From a virus: a stretch of DNA of 64,000 nucleotides. This document shows, in pieces, positions 1-8,921 of this stretch; within the stretch, counting starts at the first letter, position 1; every line of letters starts with the position of its first letter. Under the pieces are notes generated by a model. That model was given only the letters and a program-made list of their open reading frames with translations. It ran no database searches and had not been told where the DNA came from. The translations under genes were made by a program, and so were the position numbers. The stretch lies in UHGV virus genome UHGV-0076293; one strand, written 5' to 3'.

Positions 1-2
1 CG

Positions 3-98
3 GCAGCGGCTGCGCCTACCAATAGCTTCGGTTCTTTCGGCAGCTTTGGTGCTCCTGACAATATTTCCACCACAGGCGGTGTATTCGGCGCTTTCGGC
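3..98 (+). CDS. 3' end of a gene running in from upstream (partial); C-terminus is Phe-Gly rich (...NSFGSFGSFGAPDNISTTGGVFGAFGE)
   Basis: Frame-3 open from window start to TAA at 96-98; composition matches FG-rich tail of the next gene. Confidence 0.4.
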
Positions 99-123
99 GA
101 GTAAAAATATCAAGGATTAATAA

Positions 124-1503
124 ATGAAAATTATTGAATTCTATAAATCGTTTCTTAAATCACAAGGATTCGATTTCGAGAACGATTTGCTTACCCGTGA
201 TGACGGTGAGCCAGCAGAATTTACCTACAACAAAGTGAAGCGCCGCCTGGCGCTTCCAACGTCAGCAATGATTAAGAAAGGAATGGAAGATGACGACGGA
301 CGTGAATGTCAGGCATTCCATCCTCTCTGTGAATCTGTGCTGGCCGGTGAATCGGGCACTATCCGTTTCTTGAAGAAATCCATCAATGCGAATTTGTTCA
401 TTCGTTCCTTTGCGTTGATTGATGCTATTCTGGAAACGGCTGCCAGTGGTAAAGCAATTCGTTCTGCGGCGTACAAGAAGTTCTTAACGGAACAGATTTG
501 TGAAGGGATGAAAGATCCGACGTTTGACGATCGTTTGGTAAAATCCTGGGAAGCAGTTAAACAATACGTTTATGGCTTATTGGAGCGCGATAAAAAGCAC
601 AAAGTTACCCAGCTCTTTATTGCATCTGATTTAGTTATCGACGGTGTGAAGTTTAACCGTGTGGCTAATTATCGCCATATGTTCGAAGAAGAATCCTTAG
701 ACGGTACAGCAATGTACTTCTCGGTGAAGCTTCAACGTAAACAGGATAAGGTGATTATTCATCGCCTGCTGACCACTGTGTTCGGTTGGTATCCAAGTGT
801 CACCGGTTCTAATGATTCCCGTCCGTACTTCGGGTCGTTAGCACGCGGTTGGGCACAGTACGTGGTAAACTACAATAACGTAGTGAAAGGGCTACGTGAC
901 CACACACCACTGCGTCCGTTGGACGATGAATGGATTTCACAGCTGGACAACATGGAGATTTACGATAATGTCATCCAGACCTTACCGTATAACACCGGTC
1001 CACGTTCAGACAATCCTGAGCGTGATACCAGTGCCCGTGAGTTCAGAATTGACAGATCGTCGGCAACGGAACAGATCCCGACGAAGAAGGCGTCTGATGC
1101 GGATAAGCCGAACCTGGACGATCCGGTAGAGTTCTTCCGTGCGCGTAAGCAACGGATGGCTCCAACGAACAGCTTCGGTAATCTTTCTCCAGCAATGCAG
1201 CGTTTTGTGGAAGAACACAACACAACTAACCTGGCTGGTACAGGAATGGTAGGACGGATTTCTGTAGTAGATGCTTTCGGTGGCGAGCGTAAGAACAGCG
1301 GTTTTGGTGACGTAGGTGGATTCGGACAACCGAACTCGCTGTCGAATACGTTTGGTGGTGGGCACTCTTTTGGCGGGGGTTCATCATTCGGAGGCAGTTC
1401 TTTCGGCAGCCAGCCTCAGTTTGGTTCACCTAGCGGATTTGGTAGTAGTACAAGCAACCCATTTGCCAGTGCTTCTACGAGTCCGTTTAAGAGCTCGTAC
1501 TAA
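124..1503 (+). CDS. hypothetical protein with ~70-aa Gly/Ser/Phe-rich (FG/FGG repeat) low-complexity C-terminal tail
   Basis: 459-aa ORF, ATG start; tail GFGDVGGFGQPNSLSNTFGGGHSFGGGSSFGGSSFGSQPQFGSPSGFGSS; intrinsic terminator directly downstream. Confidence 0.6.
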   Translation: MKIIEFYKSFLKSQGFDFENDLLTRDDGEPAEFTYNKVKRRLALPTSAMIKKGMEDDDGRECQAFHPLCESVLAGESGTIRFLKKSINANLFIRSFALIDAILETAASGKAIRSAAYKKFLTEQICEGMKDPTFDDRLVKSWEAVKQYVYGLLERDKKHKVTQLFIASDLVIDGVKFNRVANYRHMFEEESLDGTAMYFSVKLQRKQDKVIIHRLLTTVFGWYPSVTGSNDSRPYFGSLARGWAQYVVNYNNVVKGLRDHTPLRPLDDEWISQLDNMEIYDNVIQTLPYNTGPRSDNPERDTSAREFRIDRSSATEQIPTKKASDADKPNLDDPVEFFRARKQRMAPTNSFGNLSPAMQRFVEEHNTTNLAGTGMVGRISVVDAFGGERKNSGFGDVGGFGQPNSLSNTFGGGHSFGGGSSFGGSSFGSQPQFGSPSGFGSSTSNPFASASTSPFKSSY

Positions 1504-1513
1504 GGTAGTAAAA

Positions 1514-1541
1514 AGAAGGGACAGTGTCCCTTCTTTTTTTA
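1514..1541 (+). terminator. intrinsic terminator (agaaggga-cagtg-tcccttct + T7)
   Basis: 8-bp GC-containing stem, 5-nt loop, T-run; immediately after stop of 124-1503. Confidence 0.6.
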
Positions 1542-1862
1542 ATCGTCTACGATGGTGCTAAGAATACTGGCGACGACCCCGGCATCTGGAACTATCAGCT
1601 CTGTAATCTCAGGGGTGAAGTTCATAGGGTCTTCCAAGTTATTGAGTAGCATCATTGGGTAGATGATGTTTTCGGCATAACCTTTCAGTTTGCAATAAGC
1701 GTAGAAATTGTGAATCTCAGGATAACTGAATCGTGGGTCTACAGTTTCTACTTTAGTTTGTGGGTGTTTACGCAGAAAATCTGTGTAATCGTGCAGCACT
1801 TTCCAGGTGCTGGTATAGGGCGCAGGTATGATTTCTTTTAGGGTAATAAAATCTTCAAGCAT
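1539..1862 (-). CDS. hypothetical small protein (107 aa), convergent with upstream gene
   Basis: ORF with AGGAA RBS-like sequence 7 nt upstream of ATG on minus strand. Confidence 0.45.
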   Translation of the reverse strand: MLEDFITLKEIIPAPYTSTWKVLHDYTDFLRKHPQTKVETVDPRFSYPEIHNFYAYCKLKGYAENIIYPMMLLNNLEDPMNFTPEITELIVPDAGVVASILSTIVDD

Positions 1863-1883
1863 AGTTGTTCCTAAATTAAGTGA

Positions 1884-1896
1884 GATAGATATTATC
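1884..1896 (+). promoter_or_regulatory. AT-rich promoter-like element GATAGATATTATC (copy 1), ~30 nt upstream of RNAP beta-like gene
   Basis: Identical 13-mer recurs at 43886-43898, also ~35 nt upstream of a strong RBS/ATG. Confidence 0.3.
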
Positions 1897-1925
1897 CTAC
1901 CGAATCAACCTAAAGGAGCATTAAA

Positions 1926-4166
1926 ATGAAAACGCCAGTTGAGCTATTGAGCAGCGTCGCTGACCGTGAAGTCAATATCGCACAGGTATCAGGTGCAAGG
2001 GCATCGATGGTAGGTAACCATATGAAGTCCTCGGTCCCGATTGACCATCCTGAGCCGTCACCTCACTTTACGGGCGCAGATACCAATTACCACGATTTTC
2101 TGTTTAACGATATTGTGGAAGACAGTGGGAGCATCTGTCATTACACAACTAAGGAAGGTAGACAACGTCGCGCAACGTTTACCCGTTATGGTCGTCGTGG
2201 GGATTCCCGTGCGCTGGAACACGCGATATTCTTCCGTCGTGCAGAATGCCGTATCCCAGGCAAAACAATGATAGACGTCATCGAGATTAACTTTTATACT
2301 AATCACGATAACGTGTTCTCTTCCGAGAAATGGGAATCACCAAAACTGCGCAGTTTGTTACGTGGTGAAACCGACCAGTTAGAAAAGGATGAAATCCTGA
2401 CGACGATGCCGTGCATGGTGGATGGTGAATTCGCAGACAGTGTGGTGCTGCCGACAGTTACCATCTCACACCCAGACATTATCGAGGATTCCTACACGAT
2501 TTCCGAAGAAGCGGCACAGAAGCTTCACGGGTATGGGTTGAAGGTTATCGAGAAAACGTTGCGTGAAGACGAATTCTTACTGGATACCTACGGTTATAAC
2601 GATCCCGAGGGAAATCGTGTACCGCGCTATTTTCCAGACGTGGGTGAAGCAATTCGTGACGACGGCTTAGTTATTGCTTCTCGTCGTTTCGATGACCTGT
2701 ACGCAGCGATTGATGCAACCTTAGGAGAAACCCAACACGTTTCTCCGTTCTTCGATAACTGTGATTACGTGGATGCCGATCCGATACACTATAAAGCACG
2801 TTTGGAAAACAACCACGAACTGATGGAGCGCAGCGGAACACGCATTGTTGATATTCAGGTTTGGCGTGATGAAACGTCATGCGGTAATGGAACGAATAAC
2901 ATTAACTGTACTGAAGAGAACAAACGTGAGCTTGACAAATACGCATTGGCGTTAAAGGACTACTACAATGCGATTGTTCGCTTCTATTTCTCCGTGTCGA
3001 GAGATAAAAACGTTATCTGGTCTCCCAAAGCGTGTGTGTTGCTGGAGAAAGCTTTTGCATCCGAAACGTACGAAGTCTACGCAGAGTTTCGTGAAGAAAT
3101 TCGCGGGGTGATTGAAGACGCAATTCGTCGCGGCGAATACGGTAAAGAGAACGTAAGTCAACAGATTATCTCCAAATTGACTTCACCTGTTCAGCGTGGA
3201 TTAAGCGATCCCATCAATACGTACACAATTCGTATCGCGGTACGTTATCCGATCCCGGTGACGGTGTCTTCTAAGATTACCGACCGTTCGGGTACGAAAG
3301 GGATTGTGGGTCGTGTACTGCCAGTTGAACAGATGCCAATTAACGAGTTCGGCGAACGTGTTCACGTACTACGTTCAATGAACGCCGTAATTCGTCGTTC
3401 TACCTACGCCGCACTGTTCCACATGTATTGGTCAGCAGCATCCGAACAGCTGAAGATGCGTCTTAAACCGATGCTGGATGAAGGACGTATTGGTGAGTGT
3501 TGGGAAATCCTGATGGACTACCTTTCACGCTATAATCCAGAATGGGCGAACACGTTACAGGCTACGCATCCTACGGAGGATTTGCAGCGAGAACTCTTTA
3601 AAGAGATTTACGATTTCACCATCCGCATTTACCTACCTCACGAACTTGATGACACTCCGGTGGAAATCAGTGAACGTTTAGGTGAGTTTAAACCCCGTAA
3701 GTCGAAACTGCTTATTACCAATTACGATGGTAAACAGGAATGGACAAAAGACGAGTTTTACGTGGGTGGTGTAGAAACATTACGGCTTGATAAAACGGGA
3801 CGTGAATTCTCAAGTATTTCGTCGATGTACCTGAACTACCTGGGCACGATCGATGCGTCTAACCAAGGACGTGGTTCGTATCCGGTAAACTATAAAACGC
3901 TAAAATGGGCTGGTCCTTCGGAAGAACGACTATTAGCGGGTTATGGTCCAGGTAACTACGAAGAGGTTCACGATAGGGCAAATAACCCTGCTGTGCATCG
4001 AGAGATTTTAGTAGGGCTGTACCGATCTCAAACTCCTTCCAATCCGGGCGTACTGGTAGACCGGAATAAACTCCCATTAGGAGATTCGCAGATTGACAGA
4101 ATGATGAAAAACATTCACAGCTGTGAAGGGTTTGAATTGGTGAAAATGAAAAGGGGCGAAGAATAA
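1926..4166 (+). CDS. rpoB: multisubunit RNA polymerase beta-subunit-like protein (C-terminal catalytic module)
   Basis: SGTKGIVGRVLPVEQMPINEFGERVHVL..RSMN aligns with bacterial beta [50 protein letters not shown]; 746 aa. Confidence 0.7.
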   Translation: MKTPVELLSSVADREVNIAQVSGARASMVGNHMKSSVPIDHPEPSPHFTGADTNYHDFLFNDIVEDSGSICHYTTKEGRQRRATFTRYGRRGDSRALEHAIFFRRAECRIPGKTMIDVIEINFYTNHDNVFSSEKWESPKLRSLLRGETDQLEKDEILTTMPCMVDGEFADSVVLPTVTISHPDIIEDSYTISEEAAQKLHGYGLKVIEKTLREDEFLLDTYGYNDPEGNRVPRYFPDVGEAIRDDGLVIASRRFDDLYAAIDATLGETQHVSPFFDNCDYVDADPIHYKARLENNHELMERSGTRIVDIQVWRDETSCGNGTNNINCTEENKRELDKYALALKDYYNAIVRFYFSVSRDKNVIWSPKACVLLEKAFASETYEVYAEFREEIRGVIEDAIRRGEYGKENVSQQIISKLTSPVQRGLSDPINTYTIRIAVRYPIPVTVSSKITDRSGTKGIVGRVLPVEQMPINEFGERVHVLRSMNAVIRRSTYAALFHMYWSAASEQLKMRLKPMLDEGRIGECWEILMDYLSRYNPEWANTLQATHPTEDLQRELFKEIYDFTIRIYLPHELDDTPVEISERLGEFKPRKSKLLITNYDGKQEWTKDEFYVGGVETLRLDKTGREFSSISSMYLNYLGTIDASNQGRGSYPVNYKTLKWAGPSEERLLAGYGPGNYEEVHDRANNPAVHREILVGLYRSQTPSNPGVLVDRNKLPLGDSQIDRMMKNIHSCEGFELVKMKRGEE

Positions 4167-6265
4167 TGAAGGCGACTCCGGTTCACGTAAGAGACTTGTG
4201 CAAGTTGAATTCGGATCAGGTGTGGCTACTTCGGGGCGTTTACGACGTGTCCTTCGACGATGGGGTCACGTTGAGAATGTCTGGTCGACACATTAAGTTG
4301 AGCTGGCCGTATTGGGGATTAACCCAGTTTTATCCCCAAGTGCCAATCTCGTCGAACATGGCGTATAAGCATGGCGACACGGCAACTGACGATGCGCATC
4401 TGCGCTTTATGTCGTTGGCAGCTGTAGCAGCACGTAAGGCCGGAGTGGATCTGGCCGATACCCGTTACCTGTTATCACAACACGTTTATGCGAATGCGTT
4501 TAACCTGACGGTGAAAAACCTGTTGTCGTATTGTGTTACCATTGACTACGATACGATGATGGAGATTTATCAGCATGAAAACTTCAAGCTGATTATCGAA
4601 TGGTCTAAACTCTATCCGACGGGTTACGATGAGGAGGGTAACGATAAGGTAGAAGAAGCCTATCAACTCATTGAGAAAATCTTTAAAGATCCGAGACTCT
4701 CAAACAACCCAGTCGTCATGTCTGTGTTAGACCGCACACTGAAAATGGATCAGATTCTCCAGGCTTACATTCGTGGTAAGACTTCAGAGATTGACTCCCG
4801 TGTGTACTCTAACCAGGTATGGGAAGGTTTCTTCACTGGCTTGCATTCTGTTATCAGTCGACTGAAAGAAGCAGGTGCGACATCGCGTTCTCACCTGTAT
4901 AACACCGACAAGATTGCAGACGCAGAGTACGCATCGCGTAAGTTGCAGTTAGCGGCTAACGTGCTGATGTTCTTCGATTACGAAGACTGTGGTACACATC
5001 ACGTACACAGACACACCTTTACGAATTCGCCGTTGGAAGAAGCGAAATTCAAAGCGATGAAAGGAATGCGTTATCGCTTCGAAGGTACTGGTGGTCCGTG
5101 GTTACGATTCGAAGATGGTGAGTTTGAGAAAGTCTTGAACAAACCTATCGAGTTCCGTACCGCGATGTGTTGCAAAGGAATGTCACGACAGACTATCTGT
5201 GCAACGTGTATGGGTGACTTGATTTATAACCTGTCGCCTGGCACGTCACCGGGTCACCTTGCGTCAACCGCAATCTCGGAAAAGGGTACTCAAGGTATTC
5301 TGTCGACGAAACACCTTGACTTCCTGCGTTATCTGCTGAACTTGGTCTTGTCGCCAAGAATGCGTGATTATCTCACGGAGTATAAGCACAACTCCGTTAA
5401 AGGGATTAGTTTACTGGAGAAGCCGCAATACGGTACCTGGGATGAATACCAACTGGTAATTTCGGATGAAGTGTATTCAGAGATTAGCCAGATTGCGTAT
5501 CATGAAGACCTGGACGATATTGATGAAACGGCACTCCCGGAAATTAATGACCTTACGTTTGTTCGTTTAGATGCAGAAGGGAATATACTGGCAGAAGATC
5601 CGATTGACGTTCGAATGGGCGTGTGCGGTAACTTCTCTAAGTCGTTCCTTCGCTTCTTCTTGAAGAATCGTGATAAGCTCGTATTCCCCAGCAAGAAAAC
5701 GGTGCGTGTTCCGCTAAAAGGATGGAAACCGTCCTGGCCGATCCTAATTTATACGAATCGGTCTGAATCTATGGCGGAGTTTGTAGCAGGGTTAGAATTG
5801 ATTTTACGTTCGGTAGCATCGGACAAGTCAGATAACTTCGAACAGTTCTCGGACGAGTCAATGCGTTTGAGCAAGAAGAGTGGTAAGGTTAAACCGATTA
5901 CCCTCGTTCAGATGCGTGGTGCCACGGAAAAACAATGTACTCATGCGTTGTTCTACGTGTTCAAATATATCCAACGTAAGCTCAAAGGGATTCCGATGAC
6001 GCACATCGCGATTATGTTGGCAATCTCTCGTGTTGAGTCACCTACTAACCCATTCCCGGCAGTAGGGTTTGACAGTGAGGATGCCGATGCCGCAGAAGGA
6101 AAACGCTTCGAAGATCACAATACACTGATTGCGATGCGTTCTGCAATCCCGATGTTGTTGTTTGAGGGACAACAGAAGAACTTGGACAACGTACGTTTCT
6201 ATACGTCACGTAAACGTCCTGCTTCGTTGTACGACAATTCTGTCGCAGCAACGATTATTGAGTAA
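4166..6265 (+). CDS. rpoC: multisubunit RNA polymerase beta-prime-like protein (C-terminal module with Zn site and trigger-loop-like motif)
   Basis: CCKGMSRQTICATC (Cx6CxxC) followed ~25 aa later by AISEKGTQGILSTKH, resembling beta-prime C888/C895/C898 and GEPGTQLTMRTFH; ATG overlaps upstream stop (ATGA). Confidence 0.6.
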   Translation: MKATPVHVRDLCKLNSDQVWLLRGVYDVSFDDGVTLRMSGRHIKLSWPYWGLTQFYPQVPISSNMAYKHGDTATDDAHLRFMSLAAVAARKAGVDLADTRYLLSQHVYANAFNLTVKNLLSYCVTIDYDTMMEIYQHENFKLIIEWSKLYPTGYDEEGNDKVEEAYQLIEKIFKDPRLSNNPVVMSVLDRTLKMDQILQAYIRGKTSEIDSRVYSNQVWEGFFTGLHSVISRLKEAGATSRSHLYNTDKIADAEYASRKLQLAANVLMFFDYEDCGTHHVHRHTFTNSPLEEAKFKAMKGMRYRFEGTGGPWLRFEDGEFEKVLNKPIEFRTAMCCKGMSRQTICATCMGDLIYNLSPGTSPGHLASTAISEKGTQGILSTKHLDFLRYLLNLVLSPRMRDYLTEYKHNSVKGISLLEKPQYGTWDEYQLVISDEVYSEISQIAYHEDLDDIDETALPEINDLTFVRLDAEGNILAEDPIDVRMGVCGNFSKSFLRFFLKNRDKLVFPSKKTVRVPLKGWKPSWPILIYTNRSESMAEFVAGLELILRSVASDKSDNFEQFSDESMRLSKKSGKVKPITLVQMRGATEKQCTHALFYVFKYIQRKLKGIPMTHIAIMLAISRVESPTNPFPAVGFDSEDADAAEGKRFEDHNTLIAMRSAIPMLLFEGQQKNLDNVRFYTSRKRPASLYDNSVAATIIE

Positions 6266-6267
6266 AC

Positions 6268-6295
6268 GAGAGGGGCCTGCGCCCCTCTTTTTTTG
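6268..6295 (+). terminator. intrinsic terminator (aggggc-ctgc-gcccct + T8)
   Basis: GC stem-loop + T-run right after stop of 4166-6265. Confidence 0.65.
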
Positions 6296-6307
6296 TAAGA
6301 GGGGAGC

Positions 6308-8017
6308 ATGTACGAATTCCACATGACCTTTACCAGCATGGGGGTGAGGGTTGAAGTCCCGTGCCGACAGATAGAGTCGGCGATACTTAAGTGGGCAGAA
6401 GAACATATGCACGCTCCTAAGATGGGCAAGCAATACGGTCGTATATTCACTGAACGTGGCGATCCGTATTACGCGCATATACCTTCTCTCCGCTCGTTTA
6501 TCTTCCACAGGAACTTTTCTGAGCGTTTACGCATTATTATTAATCGTACGGCCACCGAATTTGGCATTGAGTATAAGCTTTACGAGCATTACTTAACGCA
6601 GGGAACACCTTATCGGTGTAAGTTTGAAAACTACGGCTTTAAGATGGTGGAGGACGATGAGAATTCACGTTTCTTTTACCAGAATGCTGTGGTTGAAACG
6701 GCTTGCGAACCAAATCGTTTTCAAACCATCTTTGAAATTGGTACAGGGATGGGTAAGTCGAAAACGAACATGAAAGTAATGGTACGTAAGGGTGTCAGGA
6801 CGCTACTGATTCACCGTCCGACGTACATCTCAAAATGGTTGTTTGATTTAACTGAAGACCCAACGGGTTTACGTGAGTCGAAAGATGATGTTTTGGTTAT
6901 CCAAGGCGTTCAGGCTATCTACGAAGCGTTAGAGATGGGGGAATCAGGCGAATTAGACAAACGTGGGATTAAGGTTATCATTATCTCGACGGTAACGTTG
7001 CAACGATTCCTTAAAGAGTACATTAACACTGCCGCAACTAACCCAGTGAACATTGATGATTTCTACAACACCTTAGGCGTTGGGTTCTTGTCAATGGATG
7101 AAGTGCATGAGCATTTTCATCTGGTGTACATGGCAGGAATAATGCTCAACCCACCACCGTCTGTTGAGATGTCTGCGACGTTACAGCCAGGTGAATCAAA
7201 AGCGTTTTTAGCCGAACGGTATCGAGAGCGTTTTCCACAAGAGTCACGTATATTCATTCCGATTATTCCTGCTGTACACGTTAAAGCGTTGTACTACAGC
7301 ATTGAGAATAAACGGTTTGCGTGGTGGGCGAATAAGATGACGCCGTATAACCACAAGCTATTCGAAGGTAAGTTAATAAGTGAGAACATGCACTTATCTT
7401 ACGCGGATATGGTGTGGGACGTCATCGAGCGAACGTATCTGGCGAGTTACCAGCCTGGTCAGAAAGTGCTGGTGTTGTTTGCAACCGTTGCGATGTGTGA
7501 GTTCTTTACAGAGTACGTGCGAGAGAAACTGGCACAGTCTGATAAGTTCCACGCGCTGATGGTTGCGAAATACAACGCGGGGGATTCGTATGACGACTTT
7601 ATTCAAGCGGATTTCTCGATTTCAACACCAGGGAAAGCAGGCACTGCGGTTGACAAACCGGGGTTGGTCCACATGTACATCACAACGCCTGTGGAAGACC
7701 AGCAGTTAAACCGTCAGATGGCCGGTCGCCCGCGTAAGATACTTCACAACGATTGGGGTGAACTCGATCCCGTTGTGTGGTTATTCCATTCACTCTCGAT
7801 AGGGAAACACTGTAATTACTTGAATGCGCGTCAAAAGTCGCTTAGTGATTCTGTGTTGTCGTTTAAGATAGCTTCTTCACCGTATGTTGTAAGGAAAACC
7901 AATGTTACTACCGCCGCAGCCGACCGAGCCAACAGCACCGTATGCCGGGCTGAACTTAGCAAGTTTTCTCGAAAAGGTTTTAAAGGCATACCCAGACGTC
8001 GAAAACGTCGTCGATAA
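6308..8017 (+). CDS. putative SF2 (DExH-type) helicase; frame ends in a polybasic tail (GIPRRRKRRR)
   Basis: Walker A-like GTGMGKSKT and DEVHEH (DExH) Walker B; 569-aa ORF; last ~116 nt overlap the next gene. Confidence 0.55.
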   Translation: MYEFHMTFTSMGVRVEVPCRQIESAILKWAEEHMHAPKMGKQYGRIFTERGDPYYAHIPSLRSFIFHRNFSERLRIIINRTATEFGIEYKLYEHYLTQGTPYRCKFENYGFKMVEDDENSRFFYQNAVVETACEPNRFQTIFEIGTGMGKSKTNMKVMVRKGVRTLLIHRPTYISKWLFDLTEDPTGLRESKDDVLVIQGVQAIYEALEMGESGELDKRGIKVIIISTVTLQRFLKEYINTAATNPVNIDDFYNTLGVGFLSMDEVHEHFHLVYMAGIMLNPPPSVEMSATLQPGESKAFLAERYRERFPQESRIFIPIIPAVHVKALYYSIENKRFAWWANKMTPYNHKLFEGKLISENMHLSYADMVWDVIERTYLASYQPGQKVLVLFATVAMCEFFTEYVREKLAQSDKFHALMVAKYNAGDSYDDFIQADFSISTPGKAGTAVDKPGLVHMYITTPVEDQQLNRQMAGRPRKILHNDWGELDPVVWLFHSLSIGKHCNYLNARQKSLSDSVLSFKIASSPYVVRKTNVTTAAADRANSTVCRAELSKFSRKGFKGIPRRRKRRR

Positions 8018-8285
8018 ACTGTGTACCGATCCAACATTGTCCGTAGCGTTCCACTACTATATGGTAACGGAACACTTCGCCGGTATGCAGATTTTCCAAC
8101 GTGGTAAATGTTATTACATTACGCGTAACTCCAGTATCCGCAATACCTCGGCCTACGAGCTTTACAGCTGGGTGCTGTGGTCTGAAAACCCTGCGGGCAA
8201 TATCGATGAAAACCCGAAGGTGGCTTATCGACTATACTCTGAGAAATGGCACAGTTGGGTAGCCGTTCCTCACGATAGCAATTAA
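7902..8285 (+). CDS. hypothetical protein (127 aa)
   Basis: ATG with AAGGAAAA RBS; followed by terminator. Confidence 0.45.
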   Translation: MLLPPQPTEPTAPYAGLNLASFLEKVLKAYPDVENVVDKLCTDPTLSVAFHYYMVTEHFAGMQIFQRGKCYYITRNSSIRNTSAYELYSWVLWSENPAGNIDENPKVAYRLYSEKWHSWVAVPHDSN

Positions 8286-8297
8286 AAAGTACAGAAC

Positions 8298-8332
8298 GGG
8301 TGTATATTGTGTACACCCTTTCTTTTTTTGTT
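8298..8332 (+). terminator. intrinsic terminator (gggtgta-loop-tacaccc + T-run)
   Basis: Hairpin + tttctttttttgtt. Confidence 0.6.
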
Positions 8333-8346
8333 AAAGGAATATTAAA

Positions 8347-8919
8347 ATGTCTCGTCGTAAGAAGAAACCCGCTTATAACCCACGTACTCTGGCGAAAAAA
8401 GAACTTCGCGAAAGCGTGAAATCAGTGTATAAACTACTGGTTATCTTTGAAGAACAGATGAAGATTCTGGCGGAGCGTATCGACAAAGAACGTGAAGTCT
8501 TGGAAGCTCTGGAGGAGCCAGAATACAAAGCCTTTGCTATTAAAGCGTTGGACGAAGCCAAAGCTGCGTTCGTTGGTCTGATGGCAGAAGGTAAAGAAAA
8601 ACTGGGTGCAAAACTTATTGAGATCGATAAGGTTGCGACCAATGCAAAAACCATGCTGGAAAACAACAGCTGGGCGTCTGTGAAAGACGAGTTTAGCGTG
8701 GAAAGCATGAACGTGACCACGTTAGAGACCGAAGCTGTGTGGCTGGGCAAAGATATCCAGGGCGCTGCCATTGAAATCCTGTCGCTGTATAACGGCCGAG
8801 CTGATTTTGTAAAACGCGCTATGCACCAGGGCCACACCTTTGCAGAAGCCTACGAACTGCTTCAACAAGCTGAAGCCGCAGTAAAACAACCCGACACTGA
8901 AGTCGTTACCGAGGTATAA
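8347..8919 (+). CDS. hypothetical, probably abundant small protein with polybasic N-terminus (MSRRKKKP...)
   Basis: 190-aa ORF, RBS AAAGGAA; codon choice appears strongly host-optimised by eye (ctg, cgt, gaa, aaa). Confidence 0.55.
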   Translation: MSRRKKKPAYNPRTLAKKELRESVKSVYKLLVIFEEQMKILAERIDKEREVLEALEEPEYKAFAIKALDEAKAAFVGLMAEGKEKLGAKLIEIDKVATNAKTMLENNSWASVKDEFSVESMNVTTLETEAVWLGKDIQGAAIEILSLYNGRADFVKRAMHQGHTFAEAYELLQQAEAAVKQPDTEVVTEV

Positions 8920-8921
8920 AG

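Noticed and set aside
896-1429. Short ORFs (60-119 aa) on both strands inside the 124-1503 gene
   Set aside because: Fully embedded in a longer ORF with better start context; typical six-frame noise
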